A stretch of DNA of 63,692 nt, filler included, from Octopus bimaculoides (GCF_001194135.2; 5 parts of 4 records of this genome joined end to end with filler, not necessarily neighbours in it); one strand, 5' to 3'; shown: positions 38,611 to 52,640, counted from the first letter of the whole stretch. Notes: generated from the letters alone by a model not told the origin. Numbers and translations: made by a program.

Positions 38611-41600
38611 CTAGCGAAGTGTAGATCACAAAGTGAAAAAGGCACTTTTGATCGACATCAAGGAATGTTTATGGATACAGGGGAAATAGAACTCAGTACA
38701 CAAAATAGAGTAGTTTTATTATTTTATTACAACTGAGAAGCTATAATAAGTTGGATAAATATATTTGCATGAAAATCTTGGCCTTCAAGTTGTCACTGAA
38801 GTAGCTTCTCAACCATAATAAAAGTGTGTATGCACATATATAAATATATATACATACATACATACATACATATGTATTATACATGTATACATACATATAC
38901 ACATATATACAAACTCACAGAATCATACTTTGACATGTCACCTGGACACTTCATCTCTATTATTTCTCTCTTTGCAACTACTACTAATTCATCGTCCATC
39001 TCTCCTAAACACGAGTAGTCATAACAGCTCCTCTACAAGAACCTGCCCTGCCCCATCCCCTTCTCTCATAACTTAACCCTCACCAGCTAGCATAAAGCTC
39101 ACTCCTCCCAGATTCATCCTCTTGTGAATTGCACCGGTGCGAGCAACATAGAAAAAATATAAAATAAAAAAAAAACACTCGGTATACACTGTAAATTGGT
39201 TGGCTCAAGGTGTCCAGCTGTAGAAAGCAGGCCAAAGAAGACATTGGAACTTGATGCAGTCCTTAGACCCATCAGATACTATCAAAACTGTCGAACTCAT
39301 CTAACTCATGCCAGCATGGAACATCGTCATTTAATGTCTGCTTTCCATGCTGGCATGGGTTAGATGGTTTGACTGAGAACTGGTAAGCTGGGAGGCTGCA
39401 CCGGGCCCCAATCTGATTTGGCAAGGTTTCTACAGCTAAATGCCCTTCGCAACGCCAACCACTCCAAGAGTGTGGTGGATGCTTTTTATGTACCACCAGG
39501 CATTAAATGATGAAGATGATAATATGACTTCTGTCATCTCTTTGCCTTCTCAGTCATGCTGCCTTGAACAAACATATTCTAGAAAACTGATAGTACTCTC
39601 TTTACTCCTTTCTCTTTATCATGTACCCCTCTTATCACTGTCATTCAAGCCTTTACCATTCCTCATGCTTCTCACCCTGTAAAGAGGTTGGCAAGTGAGC
39701 AGAGACGTATGGAGGACAGGGTTACCCCAATTATGCTGGTGTCATGATAAAAAGCACCCATTGCCTACAATAGAGTGGCTGGTTTTAAGAAGGATCCCCA
39801 GTCATACAAACCAAGTTAAACATGAATCATAATCCCTATTCTTTGAATGTCCACTTTTCCATGCTCGCATTGGTCAAACAGAATGCAGTGAGGCAGATTT
39901 CCCACAATCCTATGTCCTTCCTGTCACCAACCCTCACCTGTTTCCAACCATGGAAACATTTCCTCTTGACCAGATATGTTTTTTTCTGGATGTCCTTCTT
40001 GTTGCCAACCTTCACCTGTTTCTAAGTAAGGTAATATTTCCCCATGGCCAGACATGGTTTTATGAAAGATTGGAACACTGCTTCTATGGCTCACTGACAA
40101 CTATCATGTAGAGTCAAGACAAGGAGATACAAACACACACACACACACACACATGTAGAAATACCCAGTACATTTTGTAAAGTGAATGGTTTTAGGAAGA
40201 GCATCCAGCCAAAGTAACCATGCCAAAACAGACAATTGGTCAGCTCTCTAGCTTGCCAGATCTTGTCAAACCGTCCAGCCCATGCCAGCATGGAAAACGG
40301 ATTATTAAACGATGATGATGATGATGATATAATGACAGGCATTTTTCAATTTCCATCTGCCAGATCTCTTCAAAAGGCTCTACTCAACCTAAAGCTATAG
40401 CAGAAGATATTTGCCCAAGATGCCATGCAGAGGAACTGAACCCAAAACCATGTGGATGGGATGCAAACTTGTACACCAAACAGCCACACCTGCATCTAGT
40501 CACACACACATACACCCACACACATACACCACACATACAATTTTGAGTTTGATTAATGAAGGGACTATTTGAAACTTCAGATAGTTTTAATCTCATGGTA
40601 AATAAATACACCACACCATTTAATAAGTGTGAATGAACTTTACATATCTGACTGCAAGAGCTTCCTCTTTCTATGTAATGGTTAAGTATGCTAGTGCATA
40701 TGTGTACACTTCTGCATGTGTGTGCACATGCATGTGTTGTCTGTCTGTTTACCTATCTATCACTTTTTCTGACTTCTGTCTACAATGAAGACATAAAACC
40801 AGGTAGAGAATATGATATAAACTCAAGTGGATGTCATATACAGATGATTAATCTGCAAAAAAAAAAAAAGCAACAACAACATACTTGGCACCATTTAAAA
40901 GTAATTACAAAGATCAGGTTTCAAACGAGAGAGAAGAACTAACACTTTTTCATTCCTCTAATAATTCTGCTATTAATTATTCCATTATTTATTGAAACAA
41001 ATGTGATAAGAATTATTTAAAAAAATAATGTTGCAAAACTTAACATGTCTTTAAAACATTTTTTTTTATTCTTCCACACTTCTGAGGGTAGAATTTTACA
41101 AAATGGAGACAAAAATGAGATATTGAATAGAACGTGACAAAGAAAAACTAAATAGACAATATCATCAAGTTAGCAAGTAACCAGCATAATGAGATGGTTT
41201 TATTTAATTTTGATTATTTATTTCATTAATTGACTTGTCAAGTTCAACTGTCACTGTTTTATATCCATTTTTCCTATAGAAACATGGTGGTGTTAAAGTC
41301 TTCTTTTAACCCCTTCACATAGGTGAACATTTCAACTGTTTAAGCAAATTGTTTTTTATAGCTGAATAGATAAATGTATATGTATGGAAGTATGCATGTA
41401 TGCCTGCCATTCCAGTTGCTACACAATGAATAGTGATTTCTTCATCCATTTCTAATATAGGCACAAGGCCTGAAATTTGGGGAGATGGGTCTTAACTACA
41501 TTGATGCCCAATGCTGAATCGGTATTAATTTCATTGACCCCAAAAAGATTAAAAGGCAAAACTGACCTGAGCAGAATTCGAACTCAGAATGCAAAGACAG

Positions 41601-42104
41601 CCAAAATGTTGCTAAGCATTTTGTCCAGCATGCTAACGATTCTGCGAACACCCCCACCTTATAATGATTTATTAATGAAGCCAACTTTGATGGACAATTT
41701 TGTTAGCTTAGGTACATGGTAACAAGTGGAGAGTTAAACAGAGTTTCCATATACAGGTCAGCTTAAATATATATATAGATACATCAACATCATCATCATT
41801 GCTGTGATGTCCACTCTTCCATGGACTGAACAGATTTTGCTGAGGCAGATTTTCTACATTTGGATGCCCTTCCTGTTGCAGACATTCACCTGTTACCGAC
41901 CTTCATCTGTTTCCAAGCCCAGTAATGTTTCCCTGCAACCCTGTGACATGGATGATTAAAAACGACACCACTTGTATGACAGTGACACTCGTTTACAACC
42001 ATCACACAATATGAAAGCAAGGGGACACAAACCCATAAGCATGAAAATACAAACACACAAAGGTAATGGAGTAAAGCATTTAACCGAATACAATTAAAAT
42101 TTAC

Positions 42105-42227
42105 CGTATGTCTTCTTTGCAAGATTAACTATGTCGTTCAGAGTGCTTTCTCGGCCACGTTGCTCCATTTTGGTGGACAATGGGAAAAAGGACTTGCGTG
42201 TTTTCCGTAGAGATTTTTTTACATTAT
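42105..42227 (-). CDS. Gene 3 internal exon, (D)NVKKSLRKTRKSFFPLSTKMEQRGRESTLNDIVNLAKKTY, phase 1-1
   Basis: Acceptor ttttattgtag|AT, donor ACG|gtaaat, 123-nt open frame, non-repetitive. Confidence 0.8.
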
Positions 42228-44664
42228 CTACAATAAAATAAATTTTGTGAGTGTACGACAGGGAAAAGACGAGGTAAAAGGTAAATAAATGGGAGAGAAA
42301 GGTCAGAGCAGAGCAAGTGGGGTAACAAAAGTTAAAACAGGAAATTGCTTTGTTTCATTTTTGTGAAAGCAGTGCCCATCAAAACCTGTTCTTTTTACCC
42401 CACAGCCACACCTGTGAAAAAAATAAATAAATAACACACCCAGTATACCCCATAAAGTGGTTGGCATTAGGAAGGGCATCCAACAGTAGAAGCCATGCTG
42501 ACACAGATATTGGAGTTCACTGCCACCCTCTAGCTTGTGAATCCCTGTTGAACCAGTCAACCCATATCAGTATGGAAACAGGGGTGTTAAATGATGATGA
42601 TGATGATGATGATAACTACATACTTTGAATCTAACCAGTTTCAGCATTTGGAAATGCAGATTTCTTCCAGGCACCCTGATTTACACAGATTTTATTTCCA
42701 TAAATGGTTTACCTCTCAACACACTATTCTTTAACTTTTACTTGTTTCTGTCATTGGATTGTGGCCATGCTGGGGCACCACTTTGAAGGGTTTAGTCCAA
42801 AACATTGACCCCACTCCCACCCCTGCTACTTATTCTATTGATCATTTGCCGAACCTTTAAGTGATAGGGTTGAGCATAAACAAACAAACACCAGTTGACA
42901 AGCAGTGGTGGGGAACACAGCACACACATACATCATCATCGTTGTCATTTAATGTCCTCCTTCCATGCCGGCATGGTTGGATGGTTTGACAGGAGCTGGC
43001 CAGGCAGGAGCCTGTGCCATGGTTCTGTGTCTGTTTTGGTATGGTTCTTATGGCTGGATGTCCTTCCTAACACCAACCACTCCAAAGATTGGGCCGAATG
43101 CTTTTTACATGGCACTAGCACAGGTGAGGTTAGTTTTGGCATGGTTTTTACAGCTGGATGCCCTTCCAAATGCCAACCACTTTACAGTGTGGACTGGTTG
43201 CTTTTTAAGTGGCACTTATACTGGCAGGGTCACCAAGTGACTACCCAAGACAAAGAGTCTTTGAGAAGGGAGGAGGGATTGGAGGAGGTCATCTTCTGTC
43301 AGATGATGAAAGATTAGAATGTGACAAAGAAGCAGAAAAAGATGTCTTGCTGCAGAGAAGGTCTATGGTTACCCAGCCAGAGAGAGAGGGAGAGAAAGAG
43401 AGTAAGAGTTAACAAGAATGAGGGCAAGGGTTCTTTCAGTTTCTGTCTACCAAATTCACTCACCAGGCTTTGGTCAGCTCAGGGGTATAGTAGAAGACAT
43501 GTGCCCAAGGAGCCAAGCAGTAGGACTGAATCCAAGACCATATGGTTGAGAAACAAGCTTCTTAACCACAAAGCTACACTTACACCTAGTAATTTCTATA
43601 CATTTTTCAAATCATTTTAAGAAATTCAAGAACAAAACTTAAAATATTTAGATCTCGTAATTTGGAATGAAATAAAACAAAATTGTTCTTACATGCATTC
43701 AGTCTTGCTTTCTGATATTTATTATGCTTCAATTAGCTACATATGGTTTACACAAATTATGAAATATTAAATTCATATTGAATACATATCTGCAGAGCAG
43801 CTCATTAAACACCTGACTATAAATGTATTGGAAAACAATTTTATTTATTATATGAAAGATAATTTTCAAAGAAAAATCTATCAAGCTGAATATATATATA
43901 TTCATTAAAAAACAATTCTTGGACATTTGTAGCTGCTTTTCAGCCTGAGTAACACATATATACATATATATANNNNNNNNNNNNNNNNNNNNNNNNNNNN
44001 NNNNNNNNNNNNNNNNNNNNNNNNNNNNNNNNNNNNNNNNNNNNNNNNNNNNNNNNNNNNNNNNNNNNNNNNNNNNNNNNNNNNNNNNNNNNNNNNNNNN
44101 NNNNNNNNNNNNNNNNNNNNNNNNNNNNNNNNNNNNNNNNNNNNNNNNNNNNNNNNNNNNNNNNNNNNNNNNNNNNNNNNNNNNNNNNNNNNNNNNNNNN
44201 NNNNNNNNNNNNNNNNNNNNNNNNNNNNNNNNNNNNNNNNNNNNNNNNNNNNNNNNNNNNNNNNNNNNNNNNNNNNNNNNNNNNNNNATATATATATATA
44301 TATATAACCACTCTCTGAGTGGTTGGCGTTAGGAAGGGCATCCAGCTGTAGAAACTCTGCCAAATTTAGATTGGAGCCTGGTATTGCCATCCGGTTTCAC
44401 CAGTCCTCAGTCAAATCGTCCAACCCATGCTAGCATGGAAAGCGGACATTAAACGATGATGATGATATATATTAAATTCAAATTACGATGAACGTAAACA
44501 AACAAACGAAGTTTGCTTTTAGAAGCGTTTGGGAGATACATGCATGGATTGAAACAGTTTGATTCAAATTCCTTTAGTACTTTAAGTTTCAAAGCGTGAT
44601 GCTAATCCTCAGCTATTGGAAATTTCTAAGACACACACACACACACAAACAGAATGATAGATAC

Positions 44665-44829
44665 CTTTGCTTTTGTATTGTTTAGGTGCAGATAAATTAC
44701 TGGAGCTGCTTAAGTGTGGTCCCAAGATTGACTGTGCACTTATTTTGCTGGATTTGTTTGGAACCGTTTCTGTCTGTAGACCACTAGGATCATCAACACT
44801 GCTAAGGTTTCCTTCTTCTCCAACAGGTT
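44665..44829 (-). CDS. Gene 3 (unidentified) internal exon, (E)PVGEEGNLSSVDDPSGLQTETVPNKSSKISAQSILGPHLSSSSNLSAPKQYKSK, phase 1-1
   Basis: Acceptor tctcattacag|AA, donor AAAG|gtatct, 165-nt open frame joining the 42227 exon in frame. Confidence 0.75.
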
Positions 44830-45021
44830 CTGTAATGAGATATGAAATACACAGTCTGTTTATTTATAGATTCATACATACATACATACATACAGGTGTC
44901 GTTCAAAAATGTATGCACACATTGAATGATTATAAAGTCAGAGTTTACTAAACTACATTTCATTTTCATTTCCAAAATTTAATAGAATCTAACAACAGAA
45001 TTTAATCTTTTTTATGATCAC

Positions 45022-45056
45022 CTGTTTGCCAACAGAAGACCATTTTGGTCCAGGCA
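45022..45056 (-). CDS. Gene 3 candidate micro-exon, AWTKMVFCWQT(E), phase 2-1
   Basis: Acceptor attacctgcag|T, donor CAG|gtgatc. The phase-1 end fits the 44829 exon. Confidence 0.4.
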
Positions 45057-45359
45057 CTGCAGGTAATATGAAACAACAAAATCACAAACATCAAGAAACA
45101 TCTTGTCCAGTGTTTGTGCAAATTCTAATTGATTTATATCCGTGTGTATTGTTACGACCTGGTGGCCATAACTTGAATTTACACAACCAACAAAGACAGG
45201 GTGAACCCAAAACAACAACACACCATGAAGTTTTTTGTAAAATATTAACAACAATTAAGTGTCAGCATAAAAACAGCCTACATACAAAACAAATATATAT
45301 GTGAACAAAAATAAATTAATGCTACACTAGACATGCAGTCAAAATATTTATAAAGGTAA

Positions 45360-45640
45360 TATATATAGTTCGGAAATTCGGAGTCAGAAACCTGGCTTCA
45401 CCAACTTGATTTCACAAACTTGAATTCGTAACTCTGGATTCACAAATTTGGGTTTGACTCAAATTGGCCTCACAAATTTGGTTTTCAGAAAATATGGATT
45501 CCGAAAATTTGGATGTGATAAAATCTGGCTTCCCAAATTCAGTGTTCAAAACATGGATTTCGAAAATTTGGATGTCATAAAATCTGGTTTCATAAATTTG
45601 GTTTTCGAATCTTGGATTTCGAACCTTGGACCCAGATGTG
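45360..45640. repeat. Degenerate 14-15-bp minisatellite (aaatttggNtttc) with about 59-bp higher-order unit
   Basis: ggattYcgaaaatttggatgtSataaaatctgg recurs at 45496 and 45555. Confidence 0.75.
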
Positions 45641-46419
45641 ACATAGAAATTATTTTAAAACTGATAAGCAAAACGATCTGGCAAATTCCTGGAGCATAAA
45701 ATAATTCCATAAATGCCTAACACAAAGCACAAAGTGCATAAACTAAACATGCAATCATAGCTTTCAGAATCCAATTGAACCTGGTCTCACAGAAAAAAAC
45801 TGTCACAAAAAACTGGAGTACAATTATCTCTGCTTATAAAGGTTTGCTAAGGTCTAGCCAAAGCAGGAAGACAGTAACACAGACAACAGGCTTCTTTCAG
45901 ATTCTGTCCACCAAATCCATTGCCCAAAGTCCCATGCAGTGGGACTGAACACGGAACCATGTGGTTGGGAAGCAAACTTCCTACCACACACCTACATTTG
46001 TACCTAGCCACACCTGTGATTTATGTCAGTTAAAAATCAAAAGAAAACAAAATAATTGGTCCTTGCAATGGCACATATCGAAAACAGATCCTATGAGAAG
46101 ATTCAATCTGTTGTCGTTTCTGCTTGGTAGGGCAAGGGTATAACACTTGCATATTAAACCCGACACGCTACGACAACCTTACTACACTCATAAAGCTTAA
46201 CAACCTCCTGATCGCTGTCTGTGAAAATCCTCATAGAAACCAATAAGACATTCTTGCAAGTACATAAATACATATTCAGAGGTTTTATTACTCAGAGCTT
46301 TCATCTGAGATGATGATTATGAGTATAACTTGTAAAAGAGTGAAATAAGGTGCCAAGTTAGCAGCCTGGAGAGCAAGCAAAACCACTTCAAGTATATTTA
46401 TCGCTTGTGATGCATTTCA

Positions 46420-46430
46420 TATACATACAT

Positions 46431-46461
<31 letters not shown>

Positions 46462-48165
46462 TATATATATATATATTGATATATATATTAAAATATACAT
46501 ACATACATATATGAAATATATATGTATGTGTTGTTTGTGCATGTGTATAATATATCAGTATGTTTTTGTAATGTAAGTATCCCACATACATGTATAGACG
46601 TACAATCACACAATTACACACAGATATCATGTCTGTTTCATATTTTACACACACATATATACATATATGTATGCATTTTACACGTTATATATACATTAAC
46701 AAAACATGGATCTGCACAAATATGTATGTGTATACATTATATATATGTATACACGCTTTCTATGTTTTATAGATATGTGTGTGTGTGTGTGTGTGTGTGT
46801 TATGTATGATTTATAGTTTCTTTTTGTATATATATGTTCTACATGTGCATAAATGTGATATATATATACACATACATACATGCATGCATACATATAAATG
46901 GTTTACATTACAATTTTTACATGAATACATACATAAATATATAAACATATTTATGAATATTAATTTCTAAAGTTCTCATGAGAGATGTATACATACATAC
47001 ACATATATATATATATACACTGAAAATATATATGTGTGTGTATATACATATATAGACAGACAAATGCAGACACGCACATGCCCAAATTATTATTCTCACA
47101 CACATGAATAGATACAAATACATTTCTTTAGTCAGTTTTATATATATATAAAGGTCCGTATTCCTAAAATTTTTCACATGTACACACATCTCAGTACACA
47201 TGTATGTATACATGCAGTATGATATAGAAATATATTTTTGCAAGCATGTGTACTTTTGATAACACACACACACACACACACAATTTTGCAGCCCATATAA
47301 TTTGATATACATTTCACATGCATGCATAAACATGTATAAAGATTATGAATACAAACACATATATACATCTGACTGTTTATAAAAATATAGAAATACATTT
47401 CCACTAACATGCACACACACACAGATTCACATACGAATACATAATACAGACTTCCATATATATACATACATATTTCATATGCACCTCATATACATACATA
47501 TTTCTACATACACAAAACAACTCGTATATATATATGTATGATTTTCTGTATGTAAACTCATAAGTAAACACTTTTGCATGAGCACTCCTTTACTAGTTTC
47601 AGCCTGCAAGATGTGGCCATGCTGGAGCACATGCAAAAATAAAATATAATAAAAGAAAAATATATACATGTATGAAGGTCATATAGTCTGAGTAGGTGAA
47701 GTGGCTGAGTTCCTTTCGAGTGGTGGGCCTCCTGGAGGCAGAGTGGTCGAGTTCCTTTCGAGTGGTGGGCCTCATAGAGGTAATGACCAAGGACTTTGGC
47801 ATTATGTTGTGCTTGAGAAGACCCATCAAGCCAAGCAAAATCGCAGTCGTGGCAGATATCAGGGTCGTCCAGTGGCACATAAAAGCACCCATTACACTCT
47901 TGGATTGGTCGGCGTTAGGAAGGGCATCTGGCTGTAGAAAACCATGCCAAATCAGACTGGAGCCTGGTGCAGACATTCAGTGTGCCAGCCCAGTTACACT
48001 GTCCAACCCATGCCAGCATGGAAAATGGACGTTAAATGATGATGATGACATGCATGTTAACATGGAGCATGTTTCCTCCTTCGATTTGTCGAGTCTTATC
48101 AATCCTTCCAACCCATGCTAGCATCAATGTTGGGCATTAAAATGATGATAATAATGATTGTATAT

Positions 48166-48213
<48 letters not shown>

Positions 48214-48232
48214 ATATGTCTGNNNNNNNNNN

Positions 48233-48290
<58 letters not shown>

Positions 48291-48821
48291 CATGCGTGTG
48301 TGCATGTGTGTGTGTATATTATATATATACATTCACAAGCACACACATACATGCATACATATAAACACAAACATATGCACACTCATATATATATATAGAT
48401 ATATATTCACATGTTTATACACAAACATATATTCACACACACACACTTATATACAATCATTATTATCATCAGCAATTATGCATACGTTCTTTTACATACA
48501 CACACCTACATATACATATACACATTCAGCTATACATTTATTTTTTGTACTTGAACAAGCAAATATAGAAATATATTTTCGTAAATACACATTCTTGCAG
48601 TCATGTAGAAGCATGCACACACACACACACACACCCATAGTACCATTCTTTGCCAGTAATCAATTCCATTTCAATCATAGAATCATCACTGCCTCAGGGT
48701 CTTAGTTTCAACATGATTGATTGCGGTTCATTGAGACCAACAAGACAAGTAAGATACCTGAGAGATGCGTGTGCATGTGTAGGATATAGAGATGCATATA
48801 TATAGTACATATGGCAATCTA

Positions 48822-48914
<93 letters not shown>

Positions 48915-49270
48915 CTATATAAAAACGATATATGAATATTACTTGGTGTACATCATATTTGCATATATATATATATATGTATATACATATACATACATTT
49001 ATATATATATTTATATACACACACATAGGTAGATATGTATGTGTGTGCGTGCACACATACACATGTGTGTGTGTGTATGTTTGTATAGAGAAAGGCACAG
49101 ACACTCCTCCAACACCATCCACACACAGTTTCATAATCCAATTGGAAGTAATTGAAGCTAGCAAGTAAACAAGATCGATCTGATCTTCACAGTGTTCAAA
49201 CTTGCCTAACAACACATTAACTAATATGATACATATATATATATATTATATATATATATATACATATATA
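46420..49270. repeat. TA/CA/TACA-rich compound microsatellite region with a few unique islands
   Basis: Directly visible. Similar tracts occur at about 33060-33560, 54870-56220 and 62150-63330. Confidence 0.9.
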
Positions 49271-50799
49271 TATAAAACAAAAAAACCACCTGCATCAGCA
49301 CTGCATTTGTGTTACCTTCTCATGAAACAGACAATGGGACTGCCATGCCATGCTTGAGTTTACTCAGGTAATTCTGACTCCGATGGTTTCACGAATCAAG
49401 TCTTTGGATCACATGGCAGAAGGCTAAACTCAGTAGTTCTTAAACTGAGAAATACTGGGACATTCCCACAATAATCATCATCATCATCATCATCATCGTT
49501 TAACGTCTGCTTTCCATGCTAGCATGGGTTGGACAATTTGACTGAGGACTGGTGAAACCAGATGGCTACACCAGGCTCCAATCTGATTTGGCAGAGTATC
49601 TACAGCTGGATGCCCTTCCTAACGCCAATCACTCTGAGAGTGTAGTGGGTGCTTTTATGTGCCACCCGCACGAAGGCCAGTCAGGCGGTACTGGCAACGG
49701 CCATGCTCAAAATGGTGTATTTTACGTGCCACCCGCACAAGAGCCAGTCCAGCGGCACTCACTTGAAATCATGTGGGGCTCAATCCCATAACAGGTGTTT
49801 GGCAGTTCCCCAAATGACAAATACAGGTCCATCCACACAGGTAATTGGTTTAGTGGTGAGGGGTAGTCGACTCATGATCATAAAGTCTTATGTTTGAATC
49901 ACAGCGGTACATTGTGTTCTTGAGCAAGGCACTTTATTTCACATTGGTCCAGTCCACTCCACTCAGCAGGCAAAAATAAGTAAAACTTGAATTTCAAAGA
50001 GCCAGCCTTGTCACACCCTGTGTCATTGAATCTCCCTGAGAACTACATTCAGGGTATACGTGTCTGTGGAGTACTCAGCCACTTGCTTGTTAATTTCACG
50101 AGCTGGATCTTCCTTTGATCAAATCAACTGGAACACTTGTTGCCGTAAGCGACAGAGTGCTAACTATGAATCCCATAAAAGATGCTCATCAATTCTCCAA
50201 ATGACAAATACAGGCCCACCAACACAGGCAAGTGCCTTATTAGGCTCACAATAATAAGGCTGTGTGTTGTGTCCTTGAGCAAGACACTTTATTTCATAGG
50301 CATGTAACACCGTTTTTGTTGATAATCAGAGTGCAAGTATCAAGAAAAGATCACACACACACGCACACACATGATGGACTTCTTTACAGATTCTATCTAC
50401 TAAATTCATTCACAAGGCACTGGTCAGCCTGGGGCAATTGCCTAAGGTGCCCTGTACTGTGACTGAAACCCCCAAAACATCTGGTTGCAAACTTAACTTT
50501 GTAACTGAATTTGGTAGATGGAAACTGTGAGGAAGCCAATATCTATATACATCTTTTATCTTCTACTTTTTTCAGTCATCAGACTGCAGCCATACTGGGG
50601 CACTGCCTTGAAGAATTTTTAGTCAAATGAATGGACCTCATTTCCCCTACCCCTGTACTTATTTTTAAAAACCTGGTACGTATTCTATCGATCTCTTTTG
50701 CCAGACCACTAAGTTACAGGGAGGAAAAGACACCAGTACTGGTTCTAGAGTGGTGGTGGGGGCCAAACACAGGCACAAAGACTCCCCCCACACACCTAC

Positions 50800-50840
<41 letters not shown>

Positions 50841-50940
50841 NNNNNNNNNNNNNNNNNNNNNNNNNNNNNNNNNNNNNNNNNNNNTTAATTAATTAANNNN
50901 NNNNNNNNNNNNNNNNNNNNNNNNNNNNNNNNNNNNNNNN

Positions 50941-51475
50941 CCTACTGTAAAGTTTGGAGGTGGCCACATCATTGTGTAGAGGTGTTTCTCTGCAAATGGC
51001 ACTGGCAATTTACATGTGATAGATGGTAGAATGAATGCAGAGATGTACTAAAATATTTTGAACAATAATTAATGGGACTCTGTAGAAAAGCTCCAGCTTT
51101 GTGAAGGGTGGGTTTTACAACAGGACAACGACCCTAAACACACGGCGAAGTCTACCAAAAATAGATTGTCAATCACAATATAGAATTATTAGAATGGCCA
51201 AGCCAGTCACCTGACTTGAACCCCATTGAAAATTTGTGGCGTTATTTGAAAATTAAAATTCATTCAAGAGCCCCAATGTGAATTCCAGATTTGAAGAAAA
51301 TTTGTCAAGAAGAATGGGAAAAAATTCCTAAAGAAATATGCGAATCATTGATTAAGAACTACAAGAAGAGATTGGTTGAAGTGGAACTGAAAAATGGTTA
51401 TGCTACGAAGTATTAAACCAGAATTATCAGTTATTTATGTTCTGTACGAATACTCTTTTCACCCCTAATTATTTA
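50941..51475 (+). mobile_element. Tc1-family transposase remnant (C-terminal catalytic part)
   Basis: PTVKFGGG, QQDNDPKHT and [15 protein letters not shown] motifs with stops; the 5' part is lost in a gap. Confidence 0.92.
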
Positions 51476-52019
51476 TATTTATATATAAATTCATTAGTTA
51501 CTATAATTTATTANNNNNNNNNNNNNNNNNNNNNNNNNNNNNNNNNNNNNNNNNNNNNNNNNNNNNNNNNNNNNNNNNNNNNNNNNNNNNNNNNNNNNNN
51601 NNNNNNNNNNNNNNNNNNNNNNNNNNNNNNNNNNNNNNNNNNNNNNNNNNNNNNNNNNNNNNNNNNNNNNNNNNNNNNNNNNNNNNNNNNNNNNNNNNNN
51701 NNNNNNNNNNNNNNNNNNNNNNNNNNNNNNNNNNNNNNNNNNNNNNNNNNNNNNNNNNNNNNNNNNNNNNNNNNNNNNNNNNNNNNNNNNNNNNNNNNNN
51801 NNNNNNNNNNNNNNNNNNNNNNNNNNNNNNNNNNNNNNNNNNNNNNNNNNNNNNNNNNNNNNNNNNNNNNNNNNNNNNNNNNNNNNNNNNNNNNNNNNNN
51901 NNNNNNNNNNNNNNNNNNNNNNNNNNNNNNNNNNNNNNNNNNNNNNNNNNNNNNNNNNNNNNNNNNNNNNNNNNNNNNNNNNNNNNNNNNNNNNNNNNNN
52001 NNNNNNNNNNNNNTATATA

Positions 52020-52640
52020 TATACATGCATACATACTACCTTCTCACCCCCACTGTATCCCCCCTCTATCTTCTCTCATACCTCTCTACACACCTTACTA
52101 ATCTCCCTTAGTTACTGAACCAGTCACCTTATTTCCCTCAAATAATGGCCATTCCCATTTTTACTATCTCAACCTTTAACTCTATGGCCTTCATACAAAC
52201 ACAAAGGTTACCATTCACATACTATCTAAACCATCCTTTCCTCTGCCTCCCACCTTCCACTTCTACCTCTATGACTCCCTACTCACCTCATTAATAACCC
52301 CTAACTCTGAAATTTATTTTCTCCTCCCACAACTCTTTGTCTAAATACCTCCCAACTCTTCCTTCTAATACATTTAGTTCTCCACAAAATCATTCCATCT
52401 TTAATCTCCTTTCTTTCAACACCTCAAGTGTAAAACCTTTTCCCTGAAGACGGAGGCTGGCATTATCCGATGATGGAATCAATTTACAATCGCTATTTTA
52501 GACCACCAAGCCCCCAGAAACAGCTGTTGGAATTGTAAATCTCTTATTCACCCCCTTTAATTCCTGATATAATTTCTATTCTGTGTAAGTCAGACCTTTT
52601 TATATGTAAACGTTTGTACATTTCTTGTAATAAATGTATT
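52020..52640 (+). mobile_element. Probable Penelope-like element terminus carrying a hammerhead motif
   Basis: CT-rich tract followed by a CTGAAGA...GAAAC hammerhead core. Confidence 0.5.
52440..52532 (+). ncRNA. Type I hammerhead ribozyme motif with intact catalytic core
   Basis: Stem I ttcc/ggaa, CUGAAGA, stem II cggaggct/agccccca (6 of 8 pairs, about 50-nt loop), GAA, palindromic helix III ACAGCUGU, cleavage triplet GUU. Confidence 0.65.

Noticed and set aside
46150-46256. Candidate gene 3 exons near 46.2 kb (and near 49.1-49.4 kb)
   Set aside because: Several frames and weak donors are equally plausible, and none gives an unambiguous phase chain.
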